Assembly: GCA_024654525.1 (NCBI GenBank)
Contig: JANLHI010000032.1
Location: 64,172 to 128,171 of the forward strand
Source: Patescibacteria group bacterium
GTDB taxonomy: Bacteria > Patescibacteriota > Minisyncoccia > UBA6257 > 2-01-FULL-56-20
DNA length: 64,000 nt
Direction: 5' to 3'
Shown here: positions 63,804 through 64,000 of the stretch, piece after piece
How the letters are laid out: every line of letters begins with the position of its first letter
Numbering within the stretch: the stretch's first letter is position 1
Position numbers and translations under genes: made by a program
The notes under the pieces: generated by a model
What the model was told of the DNA's origin: nothing
The model's input: only the letters and a program-made list of their open reading frames with translations
The model's database searches: none

Positions 63804-64000
63804 CTATCGCGCTGTTCGAAACCCCGCCTTCTTGAGGAATTCCTTGAGATACGGGTGCCACTTCGGGTCGATCGCGCTGAACCAGCGGGAGTCTACGCTC
63901 TGGTGGTCGATGATGATGGTATCGCGGATATTCACTTCGGCGCGGTAAACCACCGCAAGCATGTGTGAATTCATTCCTTCGAAATACCCGACGGGGGAGA
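63804..64000 (-). CDS. 3' end of an unidentified ORF that continues beyond the window end
   Basis: Open frame with no stop from the window end to TAG at 63804-63806. GC-rich, coding-like composition. Confidence 0.35.
   Translation of the reverse strand, partial: SPVGYFEGMNSHMLAVVYRAEVNIRDTIIIDHQSVDSRWFSAIDPKWHPYLKEFLKKAGFRTAR

Overview
This window reads like a low-to-moderate GC, gene-dense bacterial chromosome. The gene content resembles a small-genome uncultivated lineage (CPR/Patescibacteria-like), but that placement is only an inference. I found no rRNA genes, CRISPR arrays, transposases or integrases.

Most genes are housekeeping. They include polA (5' end beyond the window), a PAS histidine kinase, pyrG, rpsT, ruvA, a FemAB-family gene next to murE, two beta-CASP ribonucleases (one is RNase J), a PolX with a PHP domain, a NUDIX hydrolase, the infC-rpmI-rplT operon (infC begins with AUU/AUA), argS, ileS, trpS, gpmI, rny and secG. 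The RNA genes are tRNA-Arg(CCG), tRNA-Leu(CAG) and tmRNA. smpB lies about 7 kb downstream of the tmRNA.

The findings I rank highest are:
- IleRS (35813-39250) carries an in-frame ~180-aa histidine-phosphatase (PGAM/SixA-like) domain inserted inside its C-terminal zinc knuckle.
- A chromosomal ArmA/Rmt-family 16S rRNA m7G1405 methyltransferase (the aminoglycoside-resistance type) sits divergently from the infC operon.
- Four stalked surface proteins cluster around the tmRNA gene. Each has an N-terminal transmembrane anchor and a Ser/Thr/Pro-rich linker. Three end in a shared, unrecognised two-cysteine Ig-like domain; the fourth ends in a DM13 domain.
- A Phd/YefM-RelE/ParE toxin-antitoxin cassette sits at the 3' end of smpB, flanked by a ~90-nt duplication of the smpB 3' end.
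- A GC-rich block holds pyrD-like and pyrC genes plus a 584-aa cysteine-rich protein whose two termini each carry a copy of the same two-zinc-ribbon module.
- A GC-rich palindromic (REP-like) repeat occurs once in an intergenic region and several times in the 5' extension of the RNase J ORF, where it encodes AYRQAG repeats.
- A ClpB-like ATPase has a degenerate first nucleotide-binding domain and a possible frameshift with an upstream membrane ORF.
- A ~12-kb surface-glycan locus contains gmd+fcl (GDP-fucose), a second gmd next to a Per-like aminotransferase (GDP-perosamine), a GT10 alpha-1,3-fucosyltransferase, a Wzx flippase and an O-antigen-ligase-like gene.
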